Shown here: one piece after another, positions 12,770-24,489 of the stretch | Numbering within the stretch: the stretch's first letter is position 1 | Layout of the letters: each line of letters begins with the position of its first letter | Assembly: GCF_004010195.1 (NCBI RefSeq) | Contig: NC_057755.1 | Coordinates: 11,125,928 to 11,189,927 of the forward strand | Length of the DNA: 64,000 bases | Direction: 5' to 3' | Source of the DNA: Chiloscyllium plagiosum | Lineage: Eukaryota | The notes under the pieces: generated by a model | What the model saw: the letters and a program-made list of their open reading frames with translations, nothing else | Database searches by the model: none | Told to the model about the DNA's origin: nothing | Translations under genes and position numbers: made by a program

Positions 12770-12775
12770 TTTATT
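12770..12775 (-). terminator. Probable polyadenylation signal of the cystatin gene
   Basis: AATAAA on the minus strand ~430 nt downstream of the TAG at 13205. Confidence 0.55.
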
Positions 12776-13204
12776 GAATATTTTGCGATGCAATTACAGT
12801 TGATTAGCTTTCCAGGGGCATGCCGTGTCAGATCTCCTGTGAGGTTTGGGGACTGGGGTGGCTTTACACAAAACAAGATCGTATGAGCACAGCATTAAGG
12901 CTTTTCTAGCTGGAGATGTTTTGTGAGAACGGTGAATAGGATTTTTGTGTTGGAATTATTAATCCCGTGGAGCATTAGTAATAAGCACCAAGCTAACATT
13001 TGTTGTCCTGTTACTAATTGGTCTGGAGAAGATGATGGTAAGCTGCCTTCTTGAACCACTCCAGTGTATTTGGGGGAGGGACAGCTGTGAGGCAGGGAGA
13101 GTCCAGTGGTCAAGAGGGAAAGGGAGGCAAAAAGCGGGGAGTTTGCTTATAAATGGTATTTGAGCGTGAGGGGAGGGAGACGCAGGCAATGCGCTGGGCC
13201 TTTC

Positions 13205-13336
13205 CTAGAAGGTCTCCAGTTCATCAAACAGCTTCTTGTTCGTTTGGATATCCGACAGTGATAGTTTCTCATCAGAAGAGGGCAGTGGTTGGAACACCCG
13301 CATGTGTATGTAATCATTGGCATCTCCAACCACAAC
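13205..13336 (-). CDS. cstb: Type-1 cystatin (stefin/cystatin-B-like), exon 3
   Basis: Acceptor ttttattttgaag, then VVVGDANDYIHMRVFQPLPSSDEKLSLSDIQTNKKLFDELETF and TAG. Matches the stefin C-terminus pattern (HxRVFQxLP ... DELxxF). Confidence 0.95.
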   Translation of the reverse strand, partial: VVVGDANDYIHMRVFQPLPSSDEKLSLSDIQTNKKLFDELETF

Positions 13337-13419
13337 CTTCAAAATAAAAAGACAGCAATAAGTTTTCAATGCAATGGTGTGGCAGTGCTGTTGTTGGACT
13401 GGGTTGAACAAAATTAAAA

Positions 13420-13560
13420 AAAAAAACACAACACCATATTATAGTCGATAAGTTTATTTGGAAGTACAAGATTTTGGAGAGCTGCTCTTTCATCAGGTAG
13501 CTAGTTTGTACTTGCCAATATACCTGTTGGCTGTGACCTGGTGTTATGTGATTTTTAAGT
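13420..13560. mobile_element. Degenerate PLE pLTR hairpin in cystatin intron 2
   Basis: cacaacacca..ttatagtc and ..gacctggtgtt(a)tgtg form inverted arms; minus strand CTGATGA at 13496-13490. Same family as 49966-50145. Confidence 0.6.
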
Positions 13561-13689
13561 TCACAAAGGATGCATGCAATCTCAGTTATACCTCTTGGTT
13601 AGTACAGCACTCACTCAGTACTGACCCTTCAACAGTGAAAACTGTGTCAGTTTGGCATCCTAGGTTTTTCTGGAACCAGTTCCAATCCC

Positions 13690-13800
13690 TACACTTCTCC
13701 CTATCTCTGTAACCTCCGACAGTCCCTGCATCCCTCCCTATCTCTGTAAGCTCTGACAGTCCCTGCATCCCTCCCTATCTCTGTAACCTCCTCCAGTCCC
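13690..13800. repeat. ~37-bp tandem repeat (ctccctatctctgtaacctccgacagtccctgcatcc), about 3 copies
   Basis: Visible tandem units. Confidence 0.8.
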
Positions 13801-14458
13801 TCCTGAGTTGTCCATGAGCTCATACATTTCCACCCATCTCTCTTGTCTTTTACTGGGGCATTACAGAAATCTGTGATTAAATATACCCCAAGTAATGTAT
13901 CTCAGTGAGTTGAGACATTGGTTTATTGAAGTAACAGAGAAACCGAATGAAACAGAGTGCAAACTTCAAACACTGAACAGAGTGAGTTTTCCCAATGAAG
14001 TGATCTCAATATTCATTGAAGGAGGGAACAATAAGACTATGAAATAGTGAACAGTGAAGTACGGTTGGATTTAGATGTGAAGGGGGAACACGAGGGAAGA
14101 TTGTGGTCAGGATGTCAGTGGATTGGATAGTGGCAGACAAGGCATCACGGAGAGCAGCAGGAAGTGGGGTTGTCTGATACAGAGTTGGAAAATGCGAGTG
14201 CGAAGATTGATGTGTAAGGATGAGGTGAGAGAGAAATGACTGTGACAGAAGATCACAAAAGCAGGAATAGCGATAAGCAGTAAGGACAGCATAGAGGCGC
14301 TCAGGACACAATCAGATCCTGAGTGAATAGCACAGCAGGCTCCAGGCGCCAAATAGCCACAGTACTTGGTAATTTATCTGGTTTTTAGACAGAGCTTTTG
14401 GATGGATTCTGTGAGGATAAAACTGTCAGAGGAATACAGGGTGTTTGTATTTACAAAC

Positions 14459-14560
14459 CTTGATGAAGTAATTTGTTCCAGCAACCAGTTGTGAGCGATA
14501 TGAGATTGCGTGATAAACATGCAGAGGTCGATTCAACTTTTCCACAACTGAGCATTTCAA
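14459..14560 (-). CDS. cstb: Type-1 cystatin, exon 2
   Basis: Acceptor ctgtccccag, then LKCSVVEKLNRPLHVYHAISYRSQLVAGTNYFIK, donor gtttgt. 102 nt, phase 0/0; contains the QxVxG loop (QLVAG) and TNYFIK. Confidence 0.96.
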
Positions 14561-14614
14561 CTGGGGACAGACACAATGGAGAAAAACAGAAAATGTCAGC
14601 ATGAGTGAAGAACA

Positions 14615-15380
14615 CATTGTCAGAGGGTCAGTACTGAGGGAGTGCCGCACTGTCAGAGGGTCAGTACTGAGGGAGTGCAGCACAGTCAGAGGGTCAGTAC
14701 TAAGGGACTGCTGCACTGTCAGAGGGTCAGTACTGAGGGAGTGATGCATTGTCAGAGAGTCAGTACTGAGGGACTGGCGCACTGTCAGAGGGTCAGTACT
14801 GAGGGACTGGCGCACTGTCAGAGGGTCAGTACTGAGGGAGTGCTGCACTGTGTGGAGGGTCAGTACTGAGGGAGTGCCGCACTGTGTGGAGGGTCAGTAC
14901 TGAGGGGGTGCCGCACTGTGTGGAGGGTCAGTACTGAGAGTGTGCCGCACTGTGTGGAGGGTCAGTGCTGAGGGAGTGCCGCGCAGTCGGAGGGTCAGTG
15001 CTGAGGGAGTGCCTCGCAGTTGGAGGGTCAGTGCTGAGGGAGTGCCGCGCAGTCGGAGCGTCAGTGCTGAGGGAGTGCCGCGCAGTCGGAGCGTCAGTGC
15101 TGAGGGAGTGCCGCGCTGTCGGGGGTCAGTGCTGAGGGAGTGCCGCGCAGTCGGAGCGTCAGTGCTGAGGGAGTGCCGCGCAGTCGGAGCGTCAGTGCTG
15201 AGGGAGTGCCGCGCTGTCGGAGCGTCAGTGCTGAGGGAGTGCAGCACTGTCAGAGGGTCAGTGCTGAGGGAGTGCCGCGCTGTCGGAGGATCAGTGCTGA
15301 GGGAGTGCCGCGCTGTCGGAGGGTCAGTGCTGAGGGAGTGCAGCACTGTCAGAGGGTCAGTGCTGAGGGAGTGCCGCGCT
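14615..15380 (+). repeat. 33-bp minisatellite in cystatin intron 1
   Basis: (gggtcagtactgagggagtgccgcactgtcaga)n with variant units; ends ~55 nt from the exon 2 acceptor. Confidence 0.95.
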
Positions 15381-15435
15381 GAGGTGTTAAAGTAGAGATT
15401 TGATTGGCCCAGGGAATCCCTTGTGGTCTTAGACC

Positions 15436-16983
15436 TGTAACGCCTCTCTCGGTTCGTTCCGGAGATCGTACTCTTTGGAAATCTGGAATAAAAATCTTTT
15501 ACAGACAGCTTAGATTAATTTTAATCATCCCCTTTATTCACTAACAGTATCACTGTTACAACATGACACTTATACCTATTAACTAAACTGACTAGGTTCT
15601 AATCACCTTGGAGAGTAGGGTACCAGCTCTTCCAGTGCCTCAGCAGTCTACTCTGGTGTACTGCAACAAAGTGGCTTCCTTCATACAAAAGTTTACAAAA
15701 AACACTGCATGTTCTTACTTCGACAGATAAGTGTAATTTGTAAGGAAGAAAAGTTAATTGACGATCTGTGTGCGCTTGACTGATCACTCCTACAGTCCTT
15801 GAACTATCCATCTGGTGAGAAAAGCATACCCAGCTGAGTTAGGCGCCTGCTAGCGAGATAAGCCCCTATCATAGAGGTACCAGTCTCAGCTAATTGAAGA
15901 GTCCATAAGGTAACATTGCACAGCTCGCATGTCTGATTCAATTTTTTTATTTCAAAAATATACTTTATTCATAAAATTATTTTGATGTCTATACAATTGG
16001 TCATGCCATTCTAATGCACACATTGCATTTCTTTACATACAGAGATCGGAATTGATCATTCCTATGTACAAGTCTATACATTGACCATCCAGATATTTTG
16101 CTGAGGTGTCAGCGGAGCCCAATTTGAGTGTCTGATACAATTGTTTTACGAAATGGCGTCTTAGCAAGGAGGGCAAACGTTTGACCATAAAATGGCTTCC
16201 CGACAAGATTGTGTCAGGCTCTCTTCAATGTTAGGTTTAGAATAATTTTAAGCTGGGAGCAGATTCCTGCTTTTTATCTTAAGTACAGAACCATTCTGTA
16301 CCTGAGGCTGAAATGTTACTGCAAGGTTGTATTTAAAATGACTAATGAGTCTCGAATTAAACATGCCTTCTTTTCAAGTTTGTGATTCACATTCAAACAA
16401 GACATAAGATCTGATTAGTTAGAATTGATGGTGGGGCAGTCTGTAAGGTTTATAGAGTGATCTGTAAGAACAGCAAGTAAGTTAAGGGCTTCATCAATAT
16501 TACCTTTTAGAGAGTTTGTATTTAATAACCGGTAATGGCTATTCAATATCATCATAAAGTCTCAAAATGCAATTAAATTCAATCCATAGCCGATAAGCAC
16601 TAAGAGTTAATTTTCTACTGGATTCAACAAGCTCAGCACTAAAATGGTCTCTCTCTCTTGTGTCCTTTTAAACTCTCAAGTCAGCGAAGATTTTTTTTCT
16701 CATTGTGTTTGCTCCACTTGCAAGGGGTAATAAGAATCCATTGTAGTGGACAACCATTAATTACAAAGCTTTTGATAGTACAGAGTTTCGTTTCAGGGTC
16801 AGAATCAAACACACTCATTAATTTCACAAGGGAATGGCTGTGAATGTTATCACTTGGTATCCTGTTCACACAGGTTCACCGATGCTAAGGCAAATGTTCT
16901 TAATTGTCTTACAGCACCCTGTTATCACTTGGTGAGCCCAGGTATCCCTGTCTTCTGCATTCCTTAAGTTCCCCCCATTTTCT
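15436..16983 (-). mobile_element. Putative long LTR preceded by a polypurine tract
   Basis: Minus strand: AGAAAATGGGGGGAA (16983-16969), AATAAA (15538-15533) and a terminal GTTACA at 15436. No TSD or 5' TG found. Confidence 0.35.
15940..16130 (-). mobile_element. L1/Tx1-type 3'UTR with polyA signal and A tail
   Basis: Minus strand ends ...gaataaagtatatttttgaaataaaaaaaa. Confidence 0.55.
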
Positions 16984-17092
16984 GAGCCTTCCTGCTTGTC
17001 TATTTTGAAGTGCAGTAAAAGTGTTCTATAATTCAGCATTACATTTTAGTCTAAATGTTTAAATACAAGTTTTAAGGCTGTAGACTTTCTCA

Positions 17093-17345
17093 GAGGGAGT
17101 GCCACACTGACTGAGTGTCAGTGCTGATGGAGAGTCACACTGTCACAGGGTCAGTACTGAGGGAGTGCCGCACTGTCAGGGGGTCAGTACTGAGGGAGTG
17201 CCACACTGTCAGTGGGTCAGTACTGAGGGAGTGCCACACTGTCAGAAGGTTAGTGCCAATGGAGCGCTGCACTGTCTCAGGGTCAGTACTGACTACCTGC
17301 TGCACTGTGAGATAGTGTCTTTCGGTTGGGACACTAAATCAATCC
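17093..17345 (+). repeat. 33-bp minisatellite units running into Deu-SINE-like sequence
   Basis: About 6 units followed by tgcactgt..gtgtctttcggttgggacactaaa. Confidence 0.8.
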
Positions 17346-17630
17346 CACAAGCAGTGGTGAAAGTTGAGCTGATGACAATGTCTTGGGTAGAAAAGTTTTC
17401 TTTCCTCAATCATATAATTCCAAGTTTTCACCAATACATTCTTTTTTTTGTCCTTTCTGGGAGCTCGCTCTCCATAAATGGCATGTGAAATCTGTAACTC
17501 CCAGCATTGTCTTGAAAACAAAAACCTCAGTTTTATCAAAGTCTCAGTGTATCCAGAGTTGGTGAAATGTGGAGTAGATTGGTCTGTTTTGTTCTACAGG
17601 GTAAAGTGGATATGGAGGAAGGTTACTTAC

Positions 17631-17705
17631 ACACTGGACAATGGCCTGAATCTCAGAAGTGACAGCTGCAACATCAGCTACACCACCAGGTACTTGTGAT
17701 GCCAT
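17631..17705 (-). CDS. cstb: Type-1 cystatin, exon 1 (start codon)
   Basis: ATG in context caagaATGG; MASQVPGGVADVAAVTSEIQAIVQC, donor gtaagt. Conserved N-terminal GG and T.EIQ.I. The spliced product is 102 aa with no signal peptide. A versus B orthology cannot be resolved by eye. Confidence 0.92.
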
Positions 17706-17782
17706 TCTTGTTGTCTCCCTCTTTCTCCGTCTCTCTCTCTCTTGTGCCGCCCTCCGCTCTGTTTCTCCGTTCAGCATTCTAC

Positions 17783-17789
17783 ATTTATA
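17783..17789 (-). promoter_or_regulatory. TATA box of the cystatin gene
   Basis: TATAAAT on the minus strand ~80 nt upstream of the ATG, followed by a purine-rich putative 5'UTR. Confidence 0.65.
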
Positions 17790-18544
17790 AAGTTTCCTCC
17801 ATCCTCTTTGACCCCACCCTCAGCCTTTTATGATTCGTTTAATTCTGTCACCTGGAAAATGGGTGATAGTGCTGATTCCTGTGTGTGATTGCCTCACTCC
17901 CTCCTTCTTTCCTTCCCTTTCTGACACTCAAGCTTTCCATCCTCTGTTTCCTGTCACTTCCTCTTTTAATTTCCTGTAATTTTAACGATGAGGATTGAAG
18001 GTAGTAATTGACTGAACAGTTTTAGATTAGCTTTGGTGCCCTGTGAGAAGCAGGGTCTGTGTCTCGGCTTGGGACAGACAAAGTATTGTTAACTCTGACT
18101 AAATGTACTCCTCTCCCAAGGAGCCACGATGGGCTGAATGTCCGTCTTGCACTTTCTATCATTCCACGTTTCCCAGCTTCTGTTGTTGAGCTGTTGGTGT
18201 AAAGCCCTAATTCCCTCACACCGCCTCATGTCACATTGAGAGCTCACTGCCGATTGTATCCATGCCAAGTATCAGAGGCTGTGTAATAATATACCTGTGT
18301 TAACATGCTCCCTGCCTCAGGGTTCATTCTGTAGGTTTGGAACCCGCATTTTCTCCATTGGTGATGAGGTTAACAGCGTGAGAAAATGAGAAGCCAGCGT
18401 AACATGGAAAATGGGAGCAGGAATAGGCCATTTGGCCCCTCGAGCCTGTTCCACCATTCAGGATGATCAAGGCTGTCCCTCCAACTCAGTCCCCTGTCCC
18501 TATTTGCTCCCCAAACACTTTAATCCAGTTAGCACCAAGAAGGA

Positions 18545-18845
18545 GCAGTATAGTGGCACAGTGGTTAGCACTGCTGCCTCACAGTGCCAGAGACCTGGGT
18601 TCAGTTCCCATCTCAGGCGACAGTGTGGAGTTTGCACATTCTCCTTGTGTCTGCGTGGGCTTGCTCCGGTTTGCAGTCACAGTCCAAAAATGTGTAGGTT
18701 AGGTGAATTGGCCACACTAAATTGCCTGTAGTGTTAGGTGAATGGGTAAATGTAGGGGAATGGGTCTGGGTGAGTTGCTCTTTGGAGGGTTGGTGTGGGC
18801 TTGTTGGGTCAAAGGGCCTGTTTCCACACTAAGTAATCTAATCTA
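18545..18845 (+). mobile_element. HE1-type tRNA-derived SINE inside a CR1 tail (~18400-19010, minus)
   Basis: A box gtggcacagtggttagc, B-box-like gggttcagttcc, tail gggcctgtttccacact and (aatct)n. Confidence 0.85.
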
Positions 18846-19964
18846 AACTGTAACTAACTCTCAATTTAAATCATTTAATATTTGGGCCTGAAGTGTTTTC
18901 TGACTTCCACAAGCTCACCACTCTCTGATGAAGAGGTTTCTCCTCATCTCTGTCCAAAATGATTTACTCTGTATCCTTGAACTGTAACCCCTGGTTTTGC
19001 ACTCCCTAGACGGATTTACTTTCTCAGGGAGAGAATGATTGGTTGCCTTTAAATCTAAAAGACCTGGGCTTCAAACTCATGAGAGAGATTTGAAGCAGGT
19101 GAAATTCCAAGTTTTCACCAATTCATTCTATTTTATTGTCCTTTCTGGGAGCTAGCTCTACATAAATGGCATGTGAACTCTGTAACTCACAGCATTGTCT
19201 TGAAAACAAAAACCTCAGTTTTCTCAAAGACTCAGTGTATCCAGAGTTGGTGAAATGTGGAATGGTGGGTCTGGTTTGTTCTTCAGATTAAAGTGACTTC
19301 CACAGGCTCACCACTCTCTGATGAAGACATTTCTCCTCATCTCTGTTCAAAATGATTTACTCTGTATCCTTGAACTATGTTACGAAGCAAAGTAGCAGCA
19401 AATTTTCACTCTGCCCTCAGCAACCCTACAGTACTGATCCTTTGACGGTGGAGAACATCACTGGACTTTTGTAATGTAGTGACTGATCTGTTACATTCTA
19501 TGCTGTTGGAATTTGAATTTCAATTGCGTGGTCCTGTTTGAAAAGTTAATTTGAACTTTTTCTGATGTTCTGCAAAAAGGTTCTCCATCAAGGTGGCTTT
19601 GTGATTCTTTTGTTCTCAGACAAGCCCATCAACTTCACTCGTTTCCTTTAAAGATAAATCCCTACCTTGTCTGACCTGTCTGTGACCCTTACCCCACATT
19701 TTTGATCTATGATTGCCCATTGAGTTAATCCAACAAGACTTTCAGTTATATCAGAGCATAGGAGTCTAGGGCCCATCCACTTTTTCTTTTTTCCCCTTTT
19801 TGTGTTCAGTCTTACTTACCGACTTCAGCAAGCTCTGACGGCATTGAGGTGTCCAGTGCGTCAGAGGCAAGGTTGTGTTCCTGGCAGCTGTATTTCTGAG
19901 GTTAGCCCAATGGACTCGCAGCGGCAGCATCGTTGGTGGAGGCAAGATAGTGCTGAAGTTATGG

Positions 19965-20810
19965 ACTAATCCTAACACAGCTTTCAGGCAGTCAAATACT
20001 TTCTGACATTCCTCCATCCACTGAACCTTTCTGCACTTCTTCAACAAGTCAGTCAGTGGAGCAGCCAGACTGCTAACATTCACTGCAAACGTCTGATAAA
20101 AACACTCATTCCCAAGAATTGTGGTACTTCCCTCTTCATTGATGATATGGGAAACTCCCCACCAATCTTTGTTTTCACGTCCGGGACCATTTGTCCAGTG
20201 ACATGGTTCAGTGACCTGGGCTTTGGCGAACTCACTTGTAGCCAGGTTTATCACCAAGCCTGCCCCCTGAAGTCGATTGAATAATTCCGATAGATGCTCC
20301 ATATGTTACTTCCATGTATGACTAAAAATCATAAGACCTTCGATGAACACTACACAATTGCGTAATCCCAAAATGACCTTAATGGTCAGTCTTTGAAATG
20401 CGTCTGGCACATTTTTCATAGCAAATAGCATGACTTTAAATAAGTAGGTCCATTTGATGTCACGAGAGCTGAAATTTCTAATGGATCTGCCAGTATTCGC
20501 TGAGTAAATCCAACTTTGAAATATAAGTTTTTTTTCTCATTTTTTCAATACAGTCTTCCAAACCTGGGCTAAAATATGAATCAGATTTCATAGCTGCTTT
20601 GACTTTGCGATAGTTCACACAGTCATTGGGTACTATCTGGTCTTGGCATCAATACAATGGGTGAACTCCATTTGCTGCAACTCACTTGGATTATGTTGTC
20701 TTTGAGCATGTGGTCAATCTCTTTTTGCACCTGTGCCAAATTTAGAGGATTAATTCTATATAGATTAAGCTTAATTGAAACAGGATATCCTATATCTACA
20801 TCATGCGTAA
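19965..20810 (-). mobile_element. Gypsy/Gmr1 reverse transcriptase and connection remnant
   Basis: Degenerate LCVNYRKV, LDLLSEYWQI and FKVMLFAMKNVPDAFQ motifs; HLSELFNRLQGAGLVINL; AAPLTDLLKK..WMEECQKVF. Confidence 0.8.
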
Positions 20811-20864
20811 CCAGATTAGTATTTACCAGCTTATTCCGACATATCTTCCCATGTGTTTATATTA

Positions 20865-22975
20865 TAAGAACATACGAACTAGGAGCAGGAGTAGTCCGTC
20901 TTGCCCTTTGAGCCTGCTCTCCCATTCAATAAGATCATGGCTGATCTTTTTGTGGCCTGAACTCCACTTATCCGCCCTCTCACTGTAACCTTAATTTCAT
21001 TATTGTTAAAAAAACCCCTATCTTAGCCTTAAAGACATTTACTGAAGTAGTGTCAACGACTTCACTGGTCAGGAAATTCCATAGGTTCACAACCCTCTGG
21101 GTGAAGAAGTTCCTTCTCAATTCAGTCTTAAATGTGCTCCCCCTCATTTTGAGGCTATGCCCTCTCTGAATTTCACTTGCCAGTGGCAACATCCTCTCTA
21201 TGTCTATATTATCTATTCTCTTCATAGTTTTATATGTATCTATAAGCTCTTCCTCATTCTTCTAAATTCCAATGAATATAATCCCAGTCTACTCAGTCTT
21301 TTCTCATAAGCCACCCCTCAACTCTGGAGTCAACCTTCTCTGCACTCCTAATGCCAGTAGATCCTTTGTCCAGTAAGGAGACCAAAACTGCATACAGTAT
21401 TCTAACTGTGGCCTCACCAGCACCGTATACAGTTTCAACTTTTAACCACAATCCCTTTAGCAATGAAGGACAAAATTCCATTTGCTTTCCAAAATACCTG
21501 TTGTACCTGCAGACCAACCTTCTGTGATTCATGTACAAGGGCACCCAGGTCCTTCTGCACAGCAGCAAGTGGCAACTTTTTTACCATTCAAGTAATAGTC
21601 CTTTTCACTGTTATTCCTACTGAAATGAATGACTTCACAATTACTAACATTGTATTCCATCTGCCAGACCTTTCTCCACTCACTTGAAGTATCTATGTTC
21701 CTTGAAGTATCATTGGGGTGGCATGGTGGCTCAGTGGTTAGTACTGCTGCCTCATAGCACCAGGGTCCCAGGTTGGATTCCAGCCTCGGGTGACTGTGTG
21801 GTGTTTGCACATCCTCCCACAGTCCAAAGATGTGCACGTCAGGTGAATTGTCTGTGCTAAATTGCCCGTAGTTTTAGATACATTAGTCAGAGGGAAATGG
21901 GTCTGAGTGGGTTACTCTTCGGAGGGTCAGTGTGGACTTGTTGAGCCGAACGGCCTGTTTCCACACTGTAGGGAATCTAATCTTCCTCTGAAACGTTTCC
22001 CAGTCCTCTGCACACTTTGCTCTACCGCTTATCTTAGTGTCATCTGCAAACTTTGACACACTACATGTCATCCCCAACTCCAAATCATCTGTGTAAATTG
22101 TGAATAATTGTGGTCCCAACACTGATCCCTAAGGCACACCACTAGTTACTGATTACCAGCCAGAATAGCACTCATTTATACCCACTCTTTTGCTTCCTGT
22201 TAGTCAACCAATCCTCTGTCAATGCTAATACTTTATCAGTAACACTATGCATCTTTATCTTATGCAGCAGCCTTTCGTACGGCACCTTGTCGAAGGCCTT
22301 TTGGAAATCCAAGTCTACTGGGTCCCCGTTGTCCACCATGTTCATACTATCTTCACAGAATTCCAAAAAATTAATTATGCATGATCTGCTCTTCATGAAT
22401 CCATGCTGCGTATGCCCAGTGGGACAATTCTATCCCACTGCCTTGCTATTCTTTCCTTGATAATAAACTCAAACATGTTCCCCACTATAGAAGTTAAGCA
22501 AACTGATCTATAATTCCTCATCTTTTGCCCTTTTAAAACAGTGGCATCACGTTTGCTGTTTTCCAATCTGCTGGAACCGCTCTAGAGTCCAGCGAATTTT
22601 GGAAATTTACCACAAGTGTATTTGCTATTTCTCCTGCCATCTCTTTTAGTACCCTGAGATGCATTCATTATGGCCAGGAGTTGTCTATCCTTAGCTCCAT
22701 TATCTTGCCCAACACTACCTCTTCTGTGATAGTGATTGTTTCCAGATCCTCACCTACTTTTGTCTCTTTGTCAATTATTCGTGTCTTCCACTGTGAAGAC
22801 TGACCCAATACACCTGTTCAATGACCCTGCCATTTCATCATATCCCTTGGCTCAATGCCTCTTCTCATCCTCGAAGGGACCATTGGTTACTTTAGCCACT
22901 CTTTTTTGTTTTATATATTCATAGAAACTTCTGCTATCTGTCTTTATGTTCTGAGCTAGTTTTTTCTCATTCCAT
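20865..22975 (-). mobile_element. CR1 LINE ORF2 3' half, degenerate, with an HE1 SINE at ~21715-21985 (+)
   Basis: LDFQKAFDKVP, LGPQLFTIY, SKFADDTK, RRNFFTQRVVNLWN. Confidence 0.9.
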
Positions 22976-24420
22976 ACACATACCACCCTCTGCATGAAAA
23001 ATTTAGGTCTCTTTTATATCTTTCCCTTCTCACCCTAAACTATGCCCTCTAGTTTTGGACTCCCCAGCCCAAGGGAAAAGACTTTGTCTGTTTATCCTAT
23101 CCATGCTCCTCAGCCTCTGATGCTCCAGGGGAAGTAGCCCCAGCCTATTCAACCTCTCCCGATAGTTCAAGTCCTCCAACCCTGGTAACGTCCTTGTAAA
23201 TCTTTTCTGAACCCCTTCAAGTTTCATAACATCTTTCTGACAGGTAGGAGGCCAGAATTGCACGCAATATTCCAATGGTGGCCTAACCAATGTCCTGTAC
23301 AGCCACAGCATGACTTCCCAACTCCTGTACTCAATACTCTAACCAAGAAACAAAAGCAGACCAAATGTCGTCTTCACTATGCTATTTATTTGCGACTCCA
23401 CTTTCAAGGAGCTATGAACCTGCACTCCAAGGTCTCTTTGTTCAGCAACACTCCCCAGGACCTTACCATTAAGTGTATAAGTCCTGCTAAGATTGGTTTC
23501 CCAAGATGCAGGGCCTCACATTTATCTAAATGAAACTTCATCTGCCAGTTCTCAGCCCATTGGCCCATCTGATCAAGATCCCATTGTACTCTGAAGTAAC
23601 CTTCTTCGCTGTTTACTACATTTCCAATTTGTGTTATCTGCAAACTTACTAAGTATACCCCTTAAGCTCATATCCAGATTATTTATATATAATAAGAACC
23701 CAGCACCGATCCTTGTGGCACTTCACTGGTCACAGGCCTCCAGTCTGAAAAACAACCCTCCACCACCACCCTCTGTCTTCTACCTTTGACCCAGTTCTGT
23801 ATCCAAATGACTAATTCTCCCTGTATTCCATAAGATCTAACCTTGCTAATCAGTCTCCCATGGGGAATCTTGTCGAATGCCTTACTGAAGTCCATATAGA
23901 TCACATCTACCATTCTGCCCTCATCAATCTTCTTTGTTACTTCTTCAAAAACCTTAATCAAGTTTGTGAGACATGATTTCCCATGCACAAAGCTATGTTG
24001 ACTATCCCTAATCAGTCCTTGCTTTTCCAAATACAAGTACATCCTGTCCCTCAGGATTCCCTCCAACAAGTTGCCCACCATGGATGTCAGGCTGTCTGGT
24101 CTATAATTCCCTGGCTTGTCCTTACCACCTTTCTTAAACAGTGACACCACGTAAGACAACTTTCAGTCTTCTGGCATCTCACCTATGACTCTCGGTGATA
24201 CAAATATCTTAGTAAGAGACTGAACAATCACTTCCCTAGCTTCCCCACAGAGCTCTCGGGTGCACCTGTTAGGTCCTGGGGATTTATCCACTTTTATGTG
24301 TTTCAGGACATCCGCACTTCCTCTGTAATATGGACATTTTTCAAGATGTCACCATCTATTTCCCTACATTCAATATTCCATGTCCTTTTCCACAGTGAAC
24401 ACTGATGCAAAATATCATTT
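22975..24420 (-). mobile_element. CR1/HER1 LINE ORF2 fragment
   Basis: FKKGGKDKPGNYRP, DVIYMDFSKAFDKIPH, VPQGSVLG, LYRTLVRPPLEYCVQFW. Confidence 0.9.
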
Positions 24421-24489
24421 GGTAATCCTGACCATAAGCTCTTAACATGATTTTTAGTGTTTGATGCCATCTCTCTCTCACGTTCCCGG

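Noticed and set aside
14615..15380. CRISPR-like array
   Set aside because: Units are contiguous with no unique spacers, there are no cas genes, and the context is vertebrate.
17706..17777. In-frame upstream ATG extending the cystatin N-terminus by 24 aa
   Set aside because: It lies only ~6 nt downstream of the TATA box, so probably upstream of the TSS. The extension is a low-complexity purine tract.
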